Sequence record: PQ818763
Origin: Shigella phage ShigP1
DNA length: 64,000 nt
Strand: one strand, 5' to 3'
The translations under genes were made by a program, and so were the position numbers. The notes under the pieces were generated by a model. That model was not told where the DNA came from. It saw only the letters and a list, made by a program, of their open reading frames with translations, and did not search any database. Positions 10,300-20,160 of the stretch are shown here, piece by piece; position 1 is the first letter of the stretch; each line of letters begins with the position of its first letter.

Positions 10300-11375
10300 T
10301 GCCACAAGATAATTATATTGACCCGAACGATTTTAAATCTTTCCTCCAACTGGATGACCTGAAAGGTTCTTTCAAAGAAGAACTCGGTCGATTAGAATCT
10401 GAACAAGAACCAGAAGTGGACATTGACGATGAGTTCCCGGAAAAAGACGGTGACGATTTCGACTTTGATACCGACCTTCTCGGTGAAAGCGATGAGCTTA
10501 AGTTCGAAGATGAAGATGGTTGGGAAGATCGTGAAGAGGAAGGCGAAGTCGAAGAAGATGAAGACGAATCCTCTGAAGCAGAAGAACAAGAGGAAGAAGA
10601 TTCAAGCGATGCAGAGTATGAAGATGATTCTGCTGACGGTGAAGGTGAAGTCTTTGATGTAGACTACGAAACCGTTATCACCCTTCCTGATGGACGTGAG
10701 ATGACTATTGAAGAACTTTCTAATGGCTATCTTACTGGTGCTGATATGACAGAACGAGAATCAACTCTTCAGCGTCATATGGAAGCATTCGAGGAACGTG
10801 TAGTAGGTTTGAAGGATGTATTAGAACTAGCGTCTTTAGAAGCAGACCGAGTAATTGAAGATTATAACGGTTTTGATTGGGACAAGCTTGCAGTAGAAGA
10901 TCCTCAAGCATATGTTGAAAACAAACGTTTCCTAGAGAAGTACACAGCTCGCCGTCAACAGCTTGAACAGGCTCAGGTCCGTATTAAGCAGGAAGCAGCA
11001 GCTAAAGAGCAGGAAGCTTTCCAAGCCAAGAGTATTGAATGTGTTAATATTCTGAAACGCGAGATTCCAAATTGGGATGAAAACTTATATCAAAACTTAA
11101 TGCAATACGCAATTGACTTAGGTGCTACTGAAGAAGAAGTATTGAAGGAAAACCGTCCGTCTATTTTCCTAGCTCTCCATAAAGCATACCAATTTGATAA
11201 AGGTAAGCAACAGGTGATGGCTAAGATTAAACGTCCCGGTGCTCCACGCAAGGTTGTGAAGTCTGATGCTGCAAAGTCTCGCACTTCCAATAAGCCCGAC
11301 AACGCTAAGGTTGCCAAGGCATTCGCAGAGGGTCGCGTTAGTCACGAAGACGCATTCAAATTCCTCGTAGATTAA
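10299..11375 (+). CDS. Scaffolding protein (acidic, coiled-coil-like)
   Basis: 358 aa; strongly acidic N-terminal half (runs of E/D); located between portal and major capsid gene. Confidence 0.6.
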   Translation: MPQDNYIDPNDFKSFLQLDDLKGSFKEELGRLESEQEPEVDIDDEFPEKDGDDFDFDTDLLGESDELKFEDEDGWEDREEEGEVEEDEDESSEAEEQEEEDSSDAEYEDDSADGEGEVFDVDYETVITLPDGREMTIEELSNGYLTGADMTERESTLQRHMEAFEERVVGLKDVLELASLEADRVIEDYNGFDWDKLAVEDPQAYVENKRFLEKYTARRQQLEQAQVRIKQEAAAKEQEAFQAKSIECVNILKREIPNWDENLYQNLMQYAIDLGATEEEVLKENRPSIFLALHKAYQFDKGKQQVMAKIKRPGAPRKVVKSDAAKSRTSNKPDNAKVAKAFAEGRVSHEDAFKFLVD

Positions 11376-11415
11376 TCGACAAATTAATTATTAATAGTAT
11401 AGGAGCTAACATAAC

Positions 11416-12474
11416 ATGGCTAATCCAACTTTATTTGTATCGTATGACCAGAATGGTAAAAAACTTTCTTTTGCTAACTGGATTTCTGTTCTGTCCCCTC
11501 AGGATACCCCGTTCGTATCTATGACCGGTAAAGAGTCTATCAACCAGACTATCTTTAGCTGGCAGACCGATGCACTGGCAAGCGTTGACGGTAATAACGC
11601 ACACGTCGAAGGCTCTCGTGCTGAAGACGGTGAAATGAAACCGACTGTTATCAAATCTAACGTTACTCAGATTCTGCGTAAGGTTGTTCGTGTTTCTGAT
11701 ACTGCTAACACCACCGCTAACTACGGTCGTGGTCGTGAACTGATGTATCAGCTGGAGAAGAAAGGTAAAGAGATCAAGCGTGACCTCGAGAAAATCCTTC
11801 TGTCCGGTCAGGCTCGTACCGACGTTCTGGCTGACCAGTATCTGACTAACTCTGCAACTGATCCTGCTGTTGTTGGTCTGAATGACACCCATGCAGCTCG
11901 TAAGACTGGTGCATTCCAGTTCCTGTGTGCTCACGGTGGTCTGGCTGGTGGCGTTGTTGACAAGACCAAGAATGGTCCTGCTGACCCGGATACTGGTGCA
12001 GTGACTGTTAAAGTTGCACAGAATGCTTCTAACCCGACCACTAACATTGGTTTCGACGAAGCTGATATCTTTGATATGACTCTGCAACTGTATACCGCTG
12101 GTTCTGAAGCAGATATCATCATGATTAACCCGGCTCATGCTAAGATCTTCGCTGGTCTGCAAGAAAATACTCAGGGTTCACGTAAGCGTATCTTTGAGAA
12201 CACCAAGCAGTTCATCTACGAAGTTAATAGCATCACTGACCCGCTGGGCCAGAGCTACAAAATCATCGTTAACCGTTGGATGCCTACCGATGCAGTTTAC
12301 TTCTTCCGTAGCGCTGACTGGACTCAGATGGTTCTGCGTGCTCCGAAACGTACTGAACTAGCAAAAGATGGTTCTTACGAGAAGTGGATGATTGAAATGG
12401 AAGTTGGTCTGCGTCACCGCAACCCGTATGCTTCCGGCGTCCTGTTCACTGCTGCGGGAAAGGTGGCGGCGTAA
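11416..12474 (+). CDS. Major capsid protein
   Basis: 352 aa; follows the scaffold gene; strong SD (AGGAG); codon usage biased to T/C-ending codons typical of a highly expressed gene. Assigned by synteny. Confidence 0.7.
   Translation: MANPTLFVSYDQNGKKLSFANWISVLSPQDTPFVSMTGKESINQTIFSWQTDALASVDGNNAHVEGSRAEDGEMKPTVIKSNVTQILRKVVRVSDTANTTANYGRGRELMYQLEKKGKEIKRDLEKILLSGQARTDVLADQYLTNSATDPAVVGLNDTHAARKTGAFQFLCAHGGLAGGVVDKTKNGPADPDTGAVTVKVAQNASNPTTNIGFDEADIFDMTLQLYTAGSEADIIMINPAHAKIFAGLQENTQGSRKRIFENTKQFIYEVNSITDPLGQSYKIIVNRWMPTDAVYFFRSADWTQMVLRAPKRTELAKDGSYEKWMIEMEVGLRHRNPYASGVLFTAAGKVAA
12456..12462 (+). other. Candidate -1 programmed ribosomal frameshift site, slippery heptamer G_GGA_AAG
   Basis: In the capsid zero frame the codons are gcG GGA AAG, three codons before the stop; the -1 frame is open from 12396 and continues into the Big_2 ORF ending 12998. 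Confidence 0.55.
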
Positions 12475-12485
12475 CAGTAGACAGT

Positions 12486-12998
12486 GTGACTGTTAGCCCT
12501 GCGTCTTTAGCAAGTCTAGAGACAGGGGCTACTCGGCAGTTCACTGCAAGCGCGGAGAAAAGTGATGGTTCTACCGAAACAACTGGCTTTACTTGGTCAG
12601 TGACAGGGGGTGGTTCTATCACTCAGTCGGGTTTGTATACTGCTCCGAGTGCGTCTCAATCCACTGATGTATCCATTACTGCAACTTTAGAAGGTGTTTC
12701 TGGTACAGCAACCATTTCTGAAATTGTTGCTCCTGCTCCTACTATTGTAGCTAAGGGTCCAATTACGGGTAAAACTGGTGGTTCCTCCACTAATTTCACT
12801 ACCATGTTTACTGTAACTAACTCTGCTGCTGCGGATTACACGTTTGTTGTAACTCCTACAGAAGCCGGTACAGTAAGCGCCGCTGGTGCGTTAACCTTAG
12901 ATGCTGCTGCAAGTGGCGAAGTTACTGTTCAAGCAAGTTTGACAGCTGACCCGTCCATCAATGCAACATGCACTTTTACTGGTGTAACACCTACTTAA
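12486..12998 (+). CDS. Ig-like (Big_2) domain ORF, probably expressed as a C-terminal extension of the capsid protein by -1 frameshift
   Basis: Big_2-like pattern (VSPASLASLETGATRQFTASAE...TWSVTGGGSITQSGLYTAP); the only in-frame start is a GTG with no well-placed SD; the frame is contiguous with the slippery site. Confidence 0.5.
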   Translation: MTVSPASLASLETGATRQFTASAEKSDGSTETTGFTWSVTGGGSITQSGLYTAPSASQSTDVSITATLEGVSGTATISEIVAPAPTIVAKGPITGKTGGSSTNFTTMFTVTNSAAADYTFVVTPTEAGTVSAAGALTLDAAASGEVTVQASLTADPSINATCTFTGVTPT

Positions 12999-13005
12999 AA
13001 CTAGA

Positions 13006-13031
13006 CCCTGCCTTCGGGCGGGGTTTTTTCG
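13006..13031 (+). terminator. Rho-independent terminator (ccctgcc-UUCG-ggcgggg followed by TTTTTT)
   Basis: Hairpin with a UUCG loop and T-run, read directly downstream of the capsid/Big_2 unit. Confidence 0.7.
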
Positions 13032-13099
13032 TTTTAAGACCTATACAAGCTAGTGTGTAATGTATATTCTTTGTCTACATATAACAAGGAGGACAACCT

Positions 13100-13852
13100 A
13101 TGGCAATGCCAGATGTTCAATACCCCATCAATACCTATGGGTGGCTAAAGAAGGCCGTGGCCCTCTGGGCAGATAGGGACGATGACGAATTTGTTAATCA
13201 AATTCCAAACTTTATTAACTTTGCAGAGAAAGAGATTTATCGTAACTTACGTATTCCTCCTCTGGAAAAAGAAGTGTATTTAGATATTAAAGATGGAGTA
13301 GCTTATATTCCTCCTGATTACCTAGAAGCTCAATGGATGATGAGAGCCAAAGATGGTACAATCTTCCAAGTAACATCTCCTGAAGAGATTAGCTATCGTA
13401 GACAGCATGGAACAATTAACCCATCTCACTGGAATAACCAACCTGTCAACTTTGCTCGTTTCGGTAGTCGTTTCATTTTCTACCCTAGCATCGAAGCAGA
13501 TACTCCGTACTACCCTGATGATGGAAGCCCTTTGATTCCAGCAGAAAACTCAGTGATTCTTAGCTATTATGCAGACCCACCGGAATTCCATGAAGATACA
13601 GATACTAGTACTATTCTTACTATAGCACCAGAACTTCTTCTGTACTTCACCCTACGTCATGCTTGTCTCTTTGTTCAAGATGATAATGGTGTTCAGAAAT
13701 GGTCAGCATTAGGAAAAGCTATCCTTGATGAAATGGTAGAACAGAATAAGAAACAAGAGTACTCAGGTTCACCTATCGCAATTCCGAATAACATGACTCG
13801 ACTTCAGAGCAGCCTGCCTGATATTTATGGTATTCGTACTTCTCGTGTATAA
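13100..13852 (+). CDS. Virion structural protein (adaptor or tail component), function unassigned
   Basis: 250 aa with SD (AAGGAGG); sits between the capsid and tail fibre genes. Confidence 0.4.
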   Translation: MAMPDVQYPINTYGWLKKAVALWADRDDDEFVNQIPNFINFAEKEIYRNLRIPPLEKEVYLDIKDGVAYIPPDYLEAQWMMRAKDGTIFQVTSPEEISYRRQHGTINPSHWNNQPVNFARFGSRFIFYPSIEADTPYYPDDGSPLIPAENSVILSYYADPPEFHEDTDTSTILTIAPELLLYFTLRHACLFVQDDNGVQKWSALGKAILDEMVEQNKKQEYSGSPIAIPNNMTRLQSSLPDIYGIRTSRV

Positions 13853-13861
13853 GGAGATAAT

Positions 13862-16264
13862 ATGATCGTTTATAATAACCAAGCACCTGATGCAGTGAAT
13901 AACGTTGGGCAGTTTGGTGCTACTGAAGGCTCTATCGGGGCTTATAAGCAAGCAGCAGAATATGCAGCTGACTCCAAATATTGGGCACTGTTAGCAGAAT
14001 CTAAGTTTGGTACAATTGATGATTTAATCGCTGAAGTAGAACGTCTATATCAACAGGGTGTTCTGATGAAGCAGGATATTGAAGATCTTAAGCAGGATTT
14101 TAAGGATCAAGATGCTCGTTTGATGACTCTGATTGCCCAAACCAACGCAGCAGTATCGGATGCTAATAATGCCGTTGCTCTCATTAACCAAAAACTTATT
14201 GAAGTCCAGAATCAGCTTGATGTTCTGTTAGGAATGTCTGTTGATGTAACAACTCTCCCTCCGGGAACTCCGGCTACTGGCTCTTTTAATCCTAACACTG
14301 GTGTAATCTCTTTAGGTATTCCAGAAGGTGATCCCGGAAAAGATGGTTCTGTTAAGGATTTGGATACAGCACCTACAGGTGTTCCAGAGCTAGGTGATTT
14401 AGGTTTCTATGTTGACAAAGATGACAATACCGTCCACAAAACTACTCTAGATAACATTGCTAATTTAATCCCATCTGTTCGTTCTGTCTCTATTAACGGC
14501 GGTCCAGCTCTTGATGGAGAGGTTGCTCTAACACTTAACAAAGAGACGGTAGGTTTAGGGAATGTTCTGAACGTTGCTCAGTACAGTCGTCAAGAGATTA
14601 ATGACAAGTTTGATAAAACCACCAAGACATATCAATCTAAAGCAGAAGCTGATGCTGACGCTCAGTATCGCCAAGTTGGTGAGAAGGTCTTAGTTTGGGC
14701 AGCTACTAAGTATGAATTTTATACTGTTGCTGCTAACAAAACATTAACTCCTGTTAAAACTGAAGGTAGAATTCTTACTGTTAATTCCCGTTCTCCAGAC
14801 TCCAGTGGTAATATTGACATTACCATTCCAACAGGAAACCCTTCTCTATATCTTGGTGAGATGGTAATGTTCCCTTATGACCCAACGAAGAATATCTCCT
14901 ATCCGGGCGTTCTTCCAGCCGATGGTCGTCTAGTGTCTAAAGAGTCTGCTTCAGATTTAGGCCCATCCCTTGTCAGTGGACAACTTCCTGTTGTTTCTGA
15001 AACTGAATGGCAAGCAGGGGCTAAACAATACTTCTCTTGGGGTAAATTGGCAGATGGTATTACCGATGCAGATTCTACTAATTTTATCAACATTCGACTT
15101 CCTGATTGGACTGGAGGGGAGGCAATAAGAGCACCAGATTCTGATAAAGACTCTCAGTACAATGGGTCTGTACAGGCTCAGAAACCTTATGTTGTTACTG
15201 TAAATAACCAAGCTCCTGATGAGATTACTGGTAATGTGAACATCTCCAGATCAATTTTAGGTGCTGCCGCTTCTGGTACAAACTCTGATATAACATCCCT
15301 CACGGGACTCACTACAGCACTGTCTGTCACACAAGGAGGCACTGGAGCTAAAGACGCTGCTAGTGCTCGTTCTAATCTAGGTCTNNNNNNNNNNNNNNNN
15401 NNNNNNNNNNNNNNNNNNNNNNNNNNNNNNNNNNNNNNNNNNNNNNNNNNNNNNNNNNNNNNNNNNNNNNNNNNNNNNNNTGCTGCTAGTGCTCGTTCTA
15501 ATCTAGGGTTGGGAAGTGTTTCCACTCTGGATAATGTACCTATTGCTAATGGTGGGACAGGGGCTGGAGATGCTGCTGGTGCAAGGTTCAATATTGGAGC
15601 GCTAAGTAACACCCCAGCAAATTCAGGCGTAGGTGGTACTGGGGATCGTGTCCAACATGCCTCCGGGAACGGCCTGTTTACTTTAGACTTGTTTAACTGC
15701 TACTGGTATATGCAGCCAGAGGATACTAACTTCTGGATTGCCCACGGTGTGTCATATGCAGGGTCTGGTGGCGAAGCCTCACAATACGGTCGCATATCTT
15801 ACGCAATAAAGATTGCAGACGGAACAATAAAATATGTCCATTGTCTTACAAACAAAAACACCACTGTTGATGTAAACGGATTTATCAAAGCGGCATCTCC
15901 GGTAGTTCATATTTACTCCGACGGTCGATATGAGACGAACGAGGAATCTGAGGGGGTTAATGTCATTCGGCAAGGTGTTGGTGAGTACTTGATTACCGGT
16001 TGCCTTGGCTTAAACGCAGATGCAAAATGGGGAGGCATTGACGGCGGCTTTGAAATCCCTACTGACCGCAACAAACAACCTAGGGTTTGGCTGGACTATG
16101 AGATTAAAGAAGATGGTTCTATTTTAGTTAAAACCCATCACAGAACCCATCCAACCTCTCCGGTTTTTGCTAGAAATGAGATAGAAGGTTTTTCTGACGG
16201 TGATCCTATTGATATCCCGAGTGATGCTTTTATTTCAGTTCGTGTTGAAATGCCTTCTGAGTAA
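13862..16264 (+). CDS. Tail fibre protein with phage tail-fibre repeats (GGTGA..AA.AR.NLG); interrupted by an assembly gap
   Basis: 800 aa as read; repeated motifs TQGGTGAKDAASARSNLG and NGGTGAGDAAGARFNIG; N-terminal coiled-coil region. Confidence 0.65.
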   Translation: MIVYNNQAPDAVNNVGQFGATEGSIGAYKQAAEYAADSKYWALLAESKFGTIDDLIAEVERLYQQGVLMKQDIEDLKQDFKDQDARLMTLIAQTNAAVSDANNAVALINQKLIEVQNQLDVLLGMSVDVTTLPPGTPATGSFNPNTGVISLGIPEGDPGKDGSVKDLDTAPTGVPELGDLGFYVDKDDNTVHKTTLDNIANLIPSVRSVSINGGPALDGEVALTLNKETVGLGNVLNVAQYSRQEINDKFDKTTKTYQSKAEADADAQYRQVGEKVLVWAATKYEFYTVAANKTLTPVKTEGRILTVNSRSPDSSGNIDITIPTGNPSLYLGEMVMFPYDPTKNISYPGVLPADGRLVSKESASDLGPSLVSGQLPVVSETEWQAGAKQYFSWGKLADGITDADSTNFINIRLPDWTGGEAIRAPDSDKDSQYNGSVQAQKPYVVTVNNQAPDEITGNVNISRSILGAAASGTNSDITSLTGLTTALSVTQGGTGAKDAASARSNLGXXXXXXXXXXXXXXXXXXXXXXXXXXXXXXXXXAASARSNLGLGSVSTLDNVPIANGGTGAGDAAGARFNIGALSNTPANSGVGGTGDRVQHASGNGLFTLDLFNCYWYMQPEDTNFWIAHGVSYAGSGGEASQYGRISYAIKIADGTIKYVHCLTNKNTTVDVNGFIKAASPVVHIYSDGRYETNEESEGVNVIRQGVGEYLITGCLGLNADAKWGGIDGGFEIPTDRNKQPRVWLDYEIKEDGSILVKTHHRTHPTSPVFARNEIEGFSDGDPIDIPSDAFISVRVEMPSE
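15385..15480. other. Run of 96 N (assembly gap) inside the tail fibre gene, flanked by an identical 24-nt repeat
   Basis: gctgctagtgctcgttctaatctagg occurs on both sides of the N-run; the frame is preserved (96 = 32 codons). Confidence 0.95.
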
Positions 16265-16271
16265 TTTAACA

Positions 16272-16292
16272 ATGCTCCCTTCGGGGGGCTTT
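16272..16292 (+). terminator. Hairpin (ctccc-UUCG-ggggg) after the fibre gene; weak T-run
   Basis: Read directly; may be a terminator or a transcript-stabilising stem-loop. Confidence 0.4.
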
Positions 16293-16304
16293 AAGGAGAT
16301 TTAA

Positions 16305-18503
16305 ATGTCTAGAGAATTAATGCCCAAATCTGGTATAATGATGCCTCATGTGGTTGTAACCAGAGACGCGGCTGTTGTTGGGGTTTCTACTGTAGATGGA
16401 CAGGCTGGAGCTATTAACCTCACCGGAAAATATTTACAGAAAACCGACGCAGCTGCTACCTATCAAACTAAAACAGAGGGTGCATCTAAAGATTTTGTGC
16501 TGGATTCGATTCAACCTATTATGTCTGGTGCGCTGTTCCGAGAAGACCCTTGGGTTGTTAATGATACCCCATTCCGTTCTACTGGAGCTAATGGTGTAGA
16601 ATCAGTTGATATGATGAAAGTTACTACTGATAACTCAATCAAGATTGGTAGTTATGCCTCTTCAGTTCAAGGTGTAGAGATTCATTCTGCTGGTCGTCTT
16701 CAGGTTGTTGACCAGAATGACTCTGGGGTAGAAACTAAGTATCCAGTTTATTCTAAACGTTACCGTCCTGAGATTGAGGATTTGCCTTTTGCTGCAATTG
16801 GTTCTTATGTTAAAGACTCTAAAGGTCGTACGGTAGGTGTTACTCGTACAGGGATTAACTCTGATATCAAACAGCTCACACAGAAAGTTACTTTCACTCA
16901 ACCAGTAACTGTCCCTGATGCAGTTGGTGATTATGATGCGGTTACTTTGAGACAGCTTCGAAACAGTGGTGGTGGCTCTGGTGGTCCTACGATGAGCGGT
17001 ATCTCTAACTTTGGTATTGGTGATTTCCATTTACGTGACAGTCGAGCTTTTATTCCAGCTTTTGAGGTAACGTCAGACGGTCAGCTTCTTAATCGTTCAG
17101 AGTACCCAGATCTCTGGGCTTATGCACAGCTGTTATCCCCTATCTCAGATTCTGAATGGCTTAGTGATGCCCAAAAACGTGGACAGTACTCTACTGGTGA
17201 TGGTTCTACTACTTTCCGCGTTCCAGACCGCAACGGGGTTCAGGTCGGTTCTATTAGGGAGCTATTTGGTCGCGGTGATGGTGGTACATCATCCAACGAT
17301 GGTGTTATCTATGATTCTGCTGCACCTAATATCAAAGGTAAGGTCGCTGGTGTATCAGCCGGGACTTATGCAGGGATATTCGGGACGTATGTGCAAGATT
17401 CATTCTATACGGATAACAGTTTGTATCCGGCTGGTGGAGGGGACACTATACCTCCGGGGTCCGGTGCAGTTGATGGACGTAATAATACTCTAGTCTTCGA
17501 CGCAAGCCAGTCCAACCCAGTTTATGGTCGTTATAGTATCTCTGACAATATTATACCGAGAAACTTTGTGGGGGTTTGGACTATTCGTGCTCATGGTGGA
17601 TTTGTTGCTGCTAATACTTCTTGGTCTGTTATTAATAGTGACACCACACGACCTTCCAACGGAACGAAAGTTTCTAGTGGGTCAGTTGTCTCTGAGTATA
17701 AAATCGGTTCAGAAGTAGAAGCTTCTACTACTCTCAAAACTGATGCCTACATCAACGGAGCTTACTATGGAATCATTGACGTCTATAATAAAACTAAAGG
17801 AGTTACCAAGCAGTTAGCTTTCGACGATTCTGGTACACTGAATTCTGATAGGTATGTTTCTAGATTTGGCACTTTGATATCTTGGAGTGAAACAGGAGCT
17901 AGGAAAGGAACATTCTCCATGGACAACCAAGGGATAGGGTCTGACTTCTCCTTCAATTCCATACTAAGTGCTTCTCAAACATCTAGTGGGGGATACAAGA
18001 CCACCACTCATGTTGGCATGATTCACAACGACGCCGGAACTTTTGCCGATTCTTGCTGGCACGTTGCAGGTGATGAAGACAACAAATACGGTTGTCGCCT
18101 AACCCTTCGACCAAACAGGAATGAGATTTTCTATTATACTTGGCAACCCAGCTCTACTGGAACATATACCCTTGCCTTGAATCCTGTGTCAGATGAAAGG
18201 TTAAAACATAATATCCAAGATATTTCCCCTGAGAAAGCTATCAAGGCTATCAAAGGTTTGGATTTCAAATCGTTTGTGTACAACAGTGATGAACAAGGAA
18301 GAACTCGTCGCGGTGTTATTGCACAGCAAGCAGAAAAGGTAGAACCTCTTTATGTTAAGACTCGTAGGTTCCACGACAATGATGGTGTAGAGCAAGAACA
18401 GAAAGAGCTAGACTCAGCTCCTATGCTCCTTGATACTATGCAGGTTGTTCAAGACCTTCTGAAGCGTATTGAAGTTCTAGAAGCAAAACTAGCAGAGAGG
18501 TAA
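16305..18503 (+). CDS. Tail fibre/spike with C-terminal intramolecular-chaperone (peptidase S74-like) domain
   Basis: 732 aa; C-terminal SDERLKHNIQDISPEKAIKAIKGLDFKSFVY matches the conserved start of the auto-cleaving chaperone domain of phage tail spikes. Confidence 0.7.
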   Translation: MSRELMPKSGIMMPHVVVTRDAAVVGVSTVDGQAGAINLTGKYLQKTDAAATYQTKTEGASKDFVLDSIQPIMSGALFREDPWVVNDTPFRSTGANGVESVDMMKVTTDNSIKIGSYASSVQGVEIHSAGRLQVVDQNDSGVETKYPVYSKRYRPEIEDLPFAAIGSYVKDSKGRTVGVTRTGINSDIKQLTQKVTFTQPVTVPDAVGDYDAVTLRQLRNSGGGSGGPTMSGISNFGIGDFHLRDSRAFIPAFEVTSDGQLLNRSEYPDLWAYAQLLSPISDSEWLSDAQKRGQYSTGDGSTTFRVPDRNGVQVGSIRELFGRGDGGTSSNDGVIYDSAAPNIKGKVAGVSAGTYAGIFGTYVQDSFYTDNSLYPAGGGDTIPPGSGAVDGRNNTLVFDASQSNPVYGRYSISDNIIPRNFVGVWTIRAHGGFVAANTSWSVINSDTTRPSNGTKVSSGSVVSEYKIGSEVEASTTLKTDAYINGAYYGIIDVYNKTKGVTKQLAFDDSGTLNSDRYVSRFGTLISWSETGARKGTFSMDNQGIGSDFSFNSILSASQTSSGGYKTTTHVGMIHNDAGTFADSCWHVAGDEDNKYGCRLTLRPNRNEIFYYTWQPSSTGTYTLALNPVSDERLKHNIQDISPEKAIKAIKGLDFKSFVYNSDEQGRTRRGVIAQQAEKVEPLYVKTRRFHDNDGVEQEQKELDSAPMLLDTMQVVQDLLKRIEVLEAKLAER

Positions 18504-18505
18504 TA

Positions 18506-18525
18506 TAAGCCCCTTCGGGGGCTTT
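18506..18525 (+). terminator. Hairpin (agcccc-UUCG-ggggct) after the spike gene
   Basis: Perfect 6-bp stem with a UUCG loop followed by a T-rich stretch. Confidence 0.5.
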
Positions 18526-18595
18526 AGTAGTGAGTACCCTTAGTAAGTAATGAAACTAATATATCCCAAGAGGTTAATATATAGGAGACACTCAA

Positions 18596-18814
18596 ATGAA
18601 AATGATGAAACAAGCTGCATATGGTTTAATATGTTTAGGCGCAGGTGTTGTGGTATCCACCGCAGTTCCTGTAGGCGCAGTTCATCCATTAGTAACTGTC
18701 CCTGCTCCAGTAGAGAAGCTTAGCTCTCAATGCAAGCAGAGAACAATTCAAAATAACTTAGTTGTTATTTGCCCTGATGCTGAATCTAACGCTCTGAGAA
18801 AGATACTACCTTAA
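18596..18814 (+). CDS. Small membrane protein, holin candidate
   Basis: 72 aa; one hydrophobic helix AAYGLICLGAGVVVSTAVPVGAV; immediately upstream of the lysozyme gene. Confidence 0.3.
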   Translation: MKMMKQAAYGLICLGAGVVVSTAVPVGAVHPLVTVPAPVEKLSSQCKQRTIQNNLVVICPDAESNALRKILP

Positions 18815-18843
18815 TTTAAAGGGACTACAAAAGGAGGTTAGAA

Positions 18844-19335
18844 ATGGATAACGTCGCATTGCCACCTGTACAACTAAACTTAAGCCCAGCTGGAATGGAA
18901 TTCATCATGAAGCATGAGGGTATGAGAACAAAGGCTTATAAAGATTCCGCAGGTATCTGGACTATATGTGTAGGGGCTACGCGCGATATGAATGGTTATC
19001 CGGTTAGACAAGGATTAACGTATTCTATAGAGGATTGTCTAGCTCTGCTAGATAGAGACACACAAGACTCTGTTCGTGCTACTCAGAAGAACATAAAGGT
19101 TCCTTTACTAGTTCATGAGTTTGATGCACTCACTTCTTTCAACTTCAATGTTGGCAGTGGAGCTTTGAGCACATCTAAGTTAAGGAAGGTAATCAATGGA
19201 GATGTTAAGGGGGATGTTTATTCCGAATTTCTTCGTTGGGATAAAATAACGGTCAAGGGAGAGAAGCAGAGAAGTCAGGGTCTTCATAATAGAAGAGTTG
19301 CAGAAGCTAATCTTTACACCGAAGGTAAATATTAA
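18844..19335 (+). CDS. Lysozyme (GH24, T4-lysozyme-like muramidase)
   Basis: FIMKHEGMRTKAYKDSAGIWTICVGAT contains the Glu-8aa-Asp-5aa-Thr catalytic pattern of T4-type lysozymes. Confidence 0.8.
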   Translation: MDNVALPPVQLNLSPAGMEFIMKHEGMRTKAYKDSAGIWTICVGATRDMNGYPVRQGLTYSIEDCLALLDRDTQDSVRATQKNIKVPLLVHEFDALTSFNFNVGSGALSTSKLRKVINGDVKGDVYSEFLRWDKITVKGEKQRSQGLHNRRVAEANLYTEGKY

Positions 19336-19347
19336 TGGAGGTGCCTT

Positions 19348-20151
19348 TTGGCTATCGAAACTAATGCGGTAGTTATTACCGACTTAAACCCACTCTATCC
19401 TAGAGACAGGGATTACATCTACGAAGGGGCGGCTCAAATCCGCCTCATTAAACAAACGTTACAGAACACATTCCCCAATGTTACAGAACCGGTTGATATA
19501 GATTCTGACACCTTTAAGATTATGTCAGAGAAGCTCAAGTTTACTGGTGATGCAATGGATGTTGGTGGTCTTATGATCAATAACGTTACTCCGGGAACTG
19601 GTGACAAGGATGTTGTTACTAAAGGTCAGATGGAAGCGTTCATGAAGAACTGGATGGAGAATAAGCTCTATCGAATTGGTTCTTACTACATCACTGAAGA
19701 AGATATTAACCCCGGTGATTCTATCTCCTTAGGGTTTGGTTCTTGGGCTAAAGTGACTGGTGTCATTATGGGTACTGGTGTAGTAAACCCTGATGGTTCT
19801 GTCCCTAATGCTCAGAGAGTTGAGTTCCAAGCAGGTGGTACTGGTGGTCGTGTCTTCAATACCATTCGAACTGAGAACGTACCTCTGATGACAGTTAATG
19901 GCTCCAGCTTCTCTCTATCCAGTAACACTCACAGTCACAATATGGTGTTTGGTCGTGGAGATGCTAGTGGTCATAACAGCTCACCAAACTGGTATAGTCC
20001 GGGTGGTGGTTACAGTCAGAGAACTGATAGCGACACTCACACTCATACAATCTCTGGTAGTGTAAGTCTTGGTCGTGATGATATCTCTCGTCAACCTATT
20101 AACACTTTGCCACCATTCAGAGCAGCTCACATTTGGAGACGTATTAGCTAA
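19348..20151 (+). CDS. Tail fibre-like protein with His-x-His motifs (receptor-binding tip candidate); TTG start
   Basis: SSNTHSHNMV and SDTHTHTISG motifs resemble metal-binding HxH repeats of fibre tips; TTG start 4 nt after GGAGGTG. Confidence 0.45.
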   Translation: MAIETNAVVITDLNPLYPRDRDYIYEGAAQIRLIKQTLQNTFPNVTEPVDIDSDTFKIMSEKLKFTGDAMDVGGLMINNVTPGTGDKDVVTKGQMEAFMKNWMENKLYRIGSYYITEEDINPGDSISLGFGSWAKVTGVIMGTGVVNPDGSVPNAQRVEFQAGGTGGRVFNTIRTENVPLMTVNGSSFSLSSNTHSHNMVFGRGDASGHNSSPNWYSPGGGYSQRTDSDTHTHTISGSVSLGRDDISRQPINTLPPFRAAHIWRRIS

Positions 20152-20160
20152 GGAGGAATT

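Noticed and set aside
11431-12162. 243-aa ORF antisense to the major capsid gene
   Set aside because: Lies entirely within a strongly supported highly expressed gene on the opposite strand; no ribosome-binding site; low-complexity translation.
12486-12488. GTG at 12486 as an independent start for the Big_2 ORF
   Set aside because: No suitably spaced ribosome-binding site (the nearest purine-rich stretch is about 20 nt upstream), and the frame is continuous with a canonical slippery heptamer in the capsid gene; frameshift expression is more plausible.
15385-15480. Possible CRISPR array or mobile element at the N-run and its flanking repeats
   Set aside because: The flanking repeats are in-frame coding repeats of a tail fibre (AASARSNLG), not spacer-separated CRISPR repeats; no cas genes, integrase or transposase motifs were seen anywhere in the window.
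14899-15612. Antisense ORFs within the tail-fibre gene, one spanning the N-run
   Set aside because: Opposite strand of a supported structural gene; one includes translated Ns; no start context.
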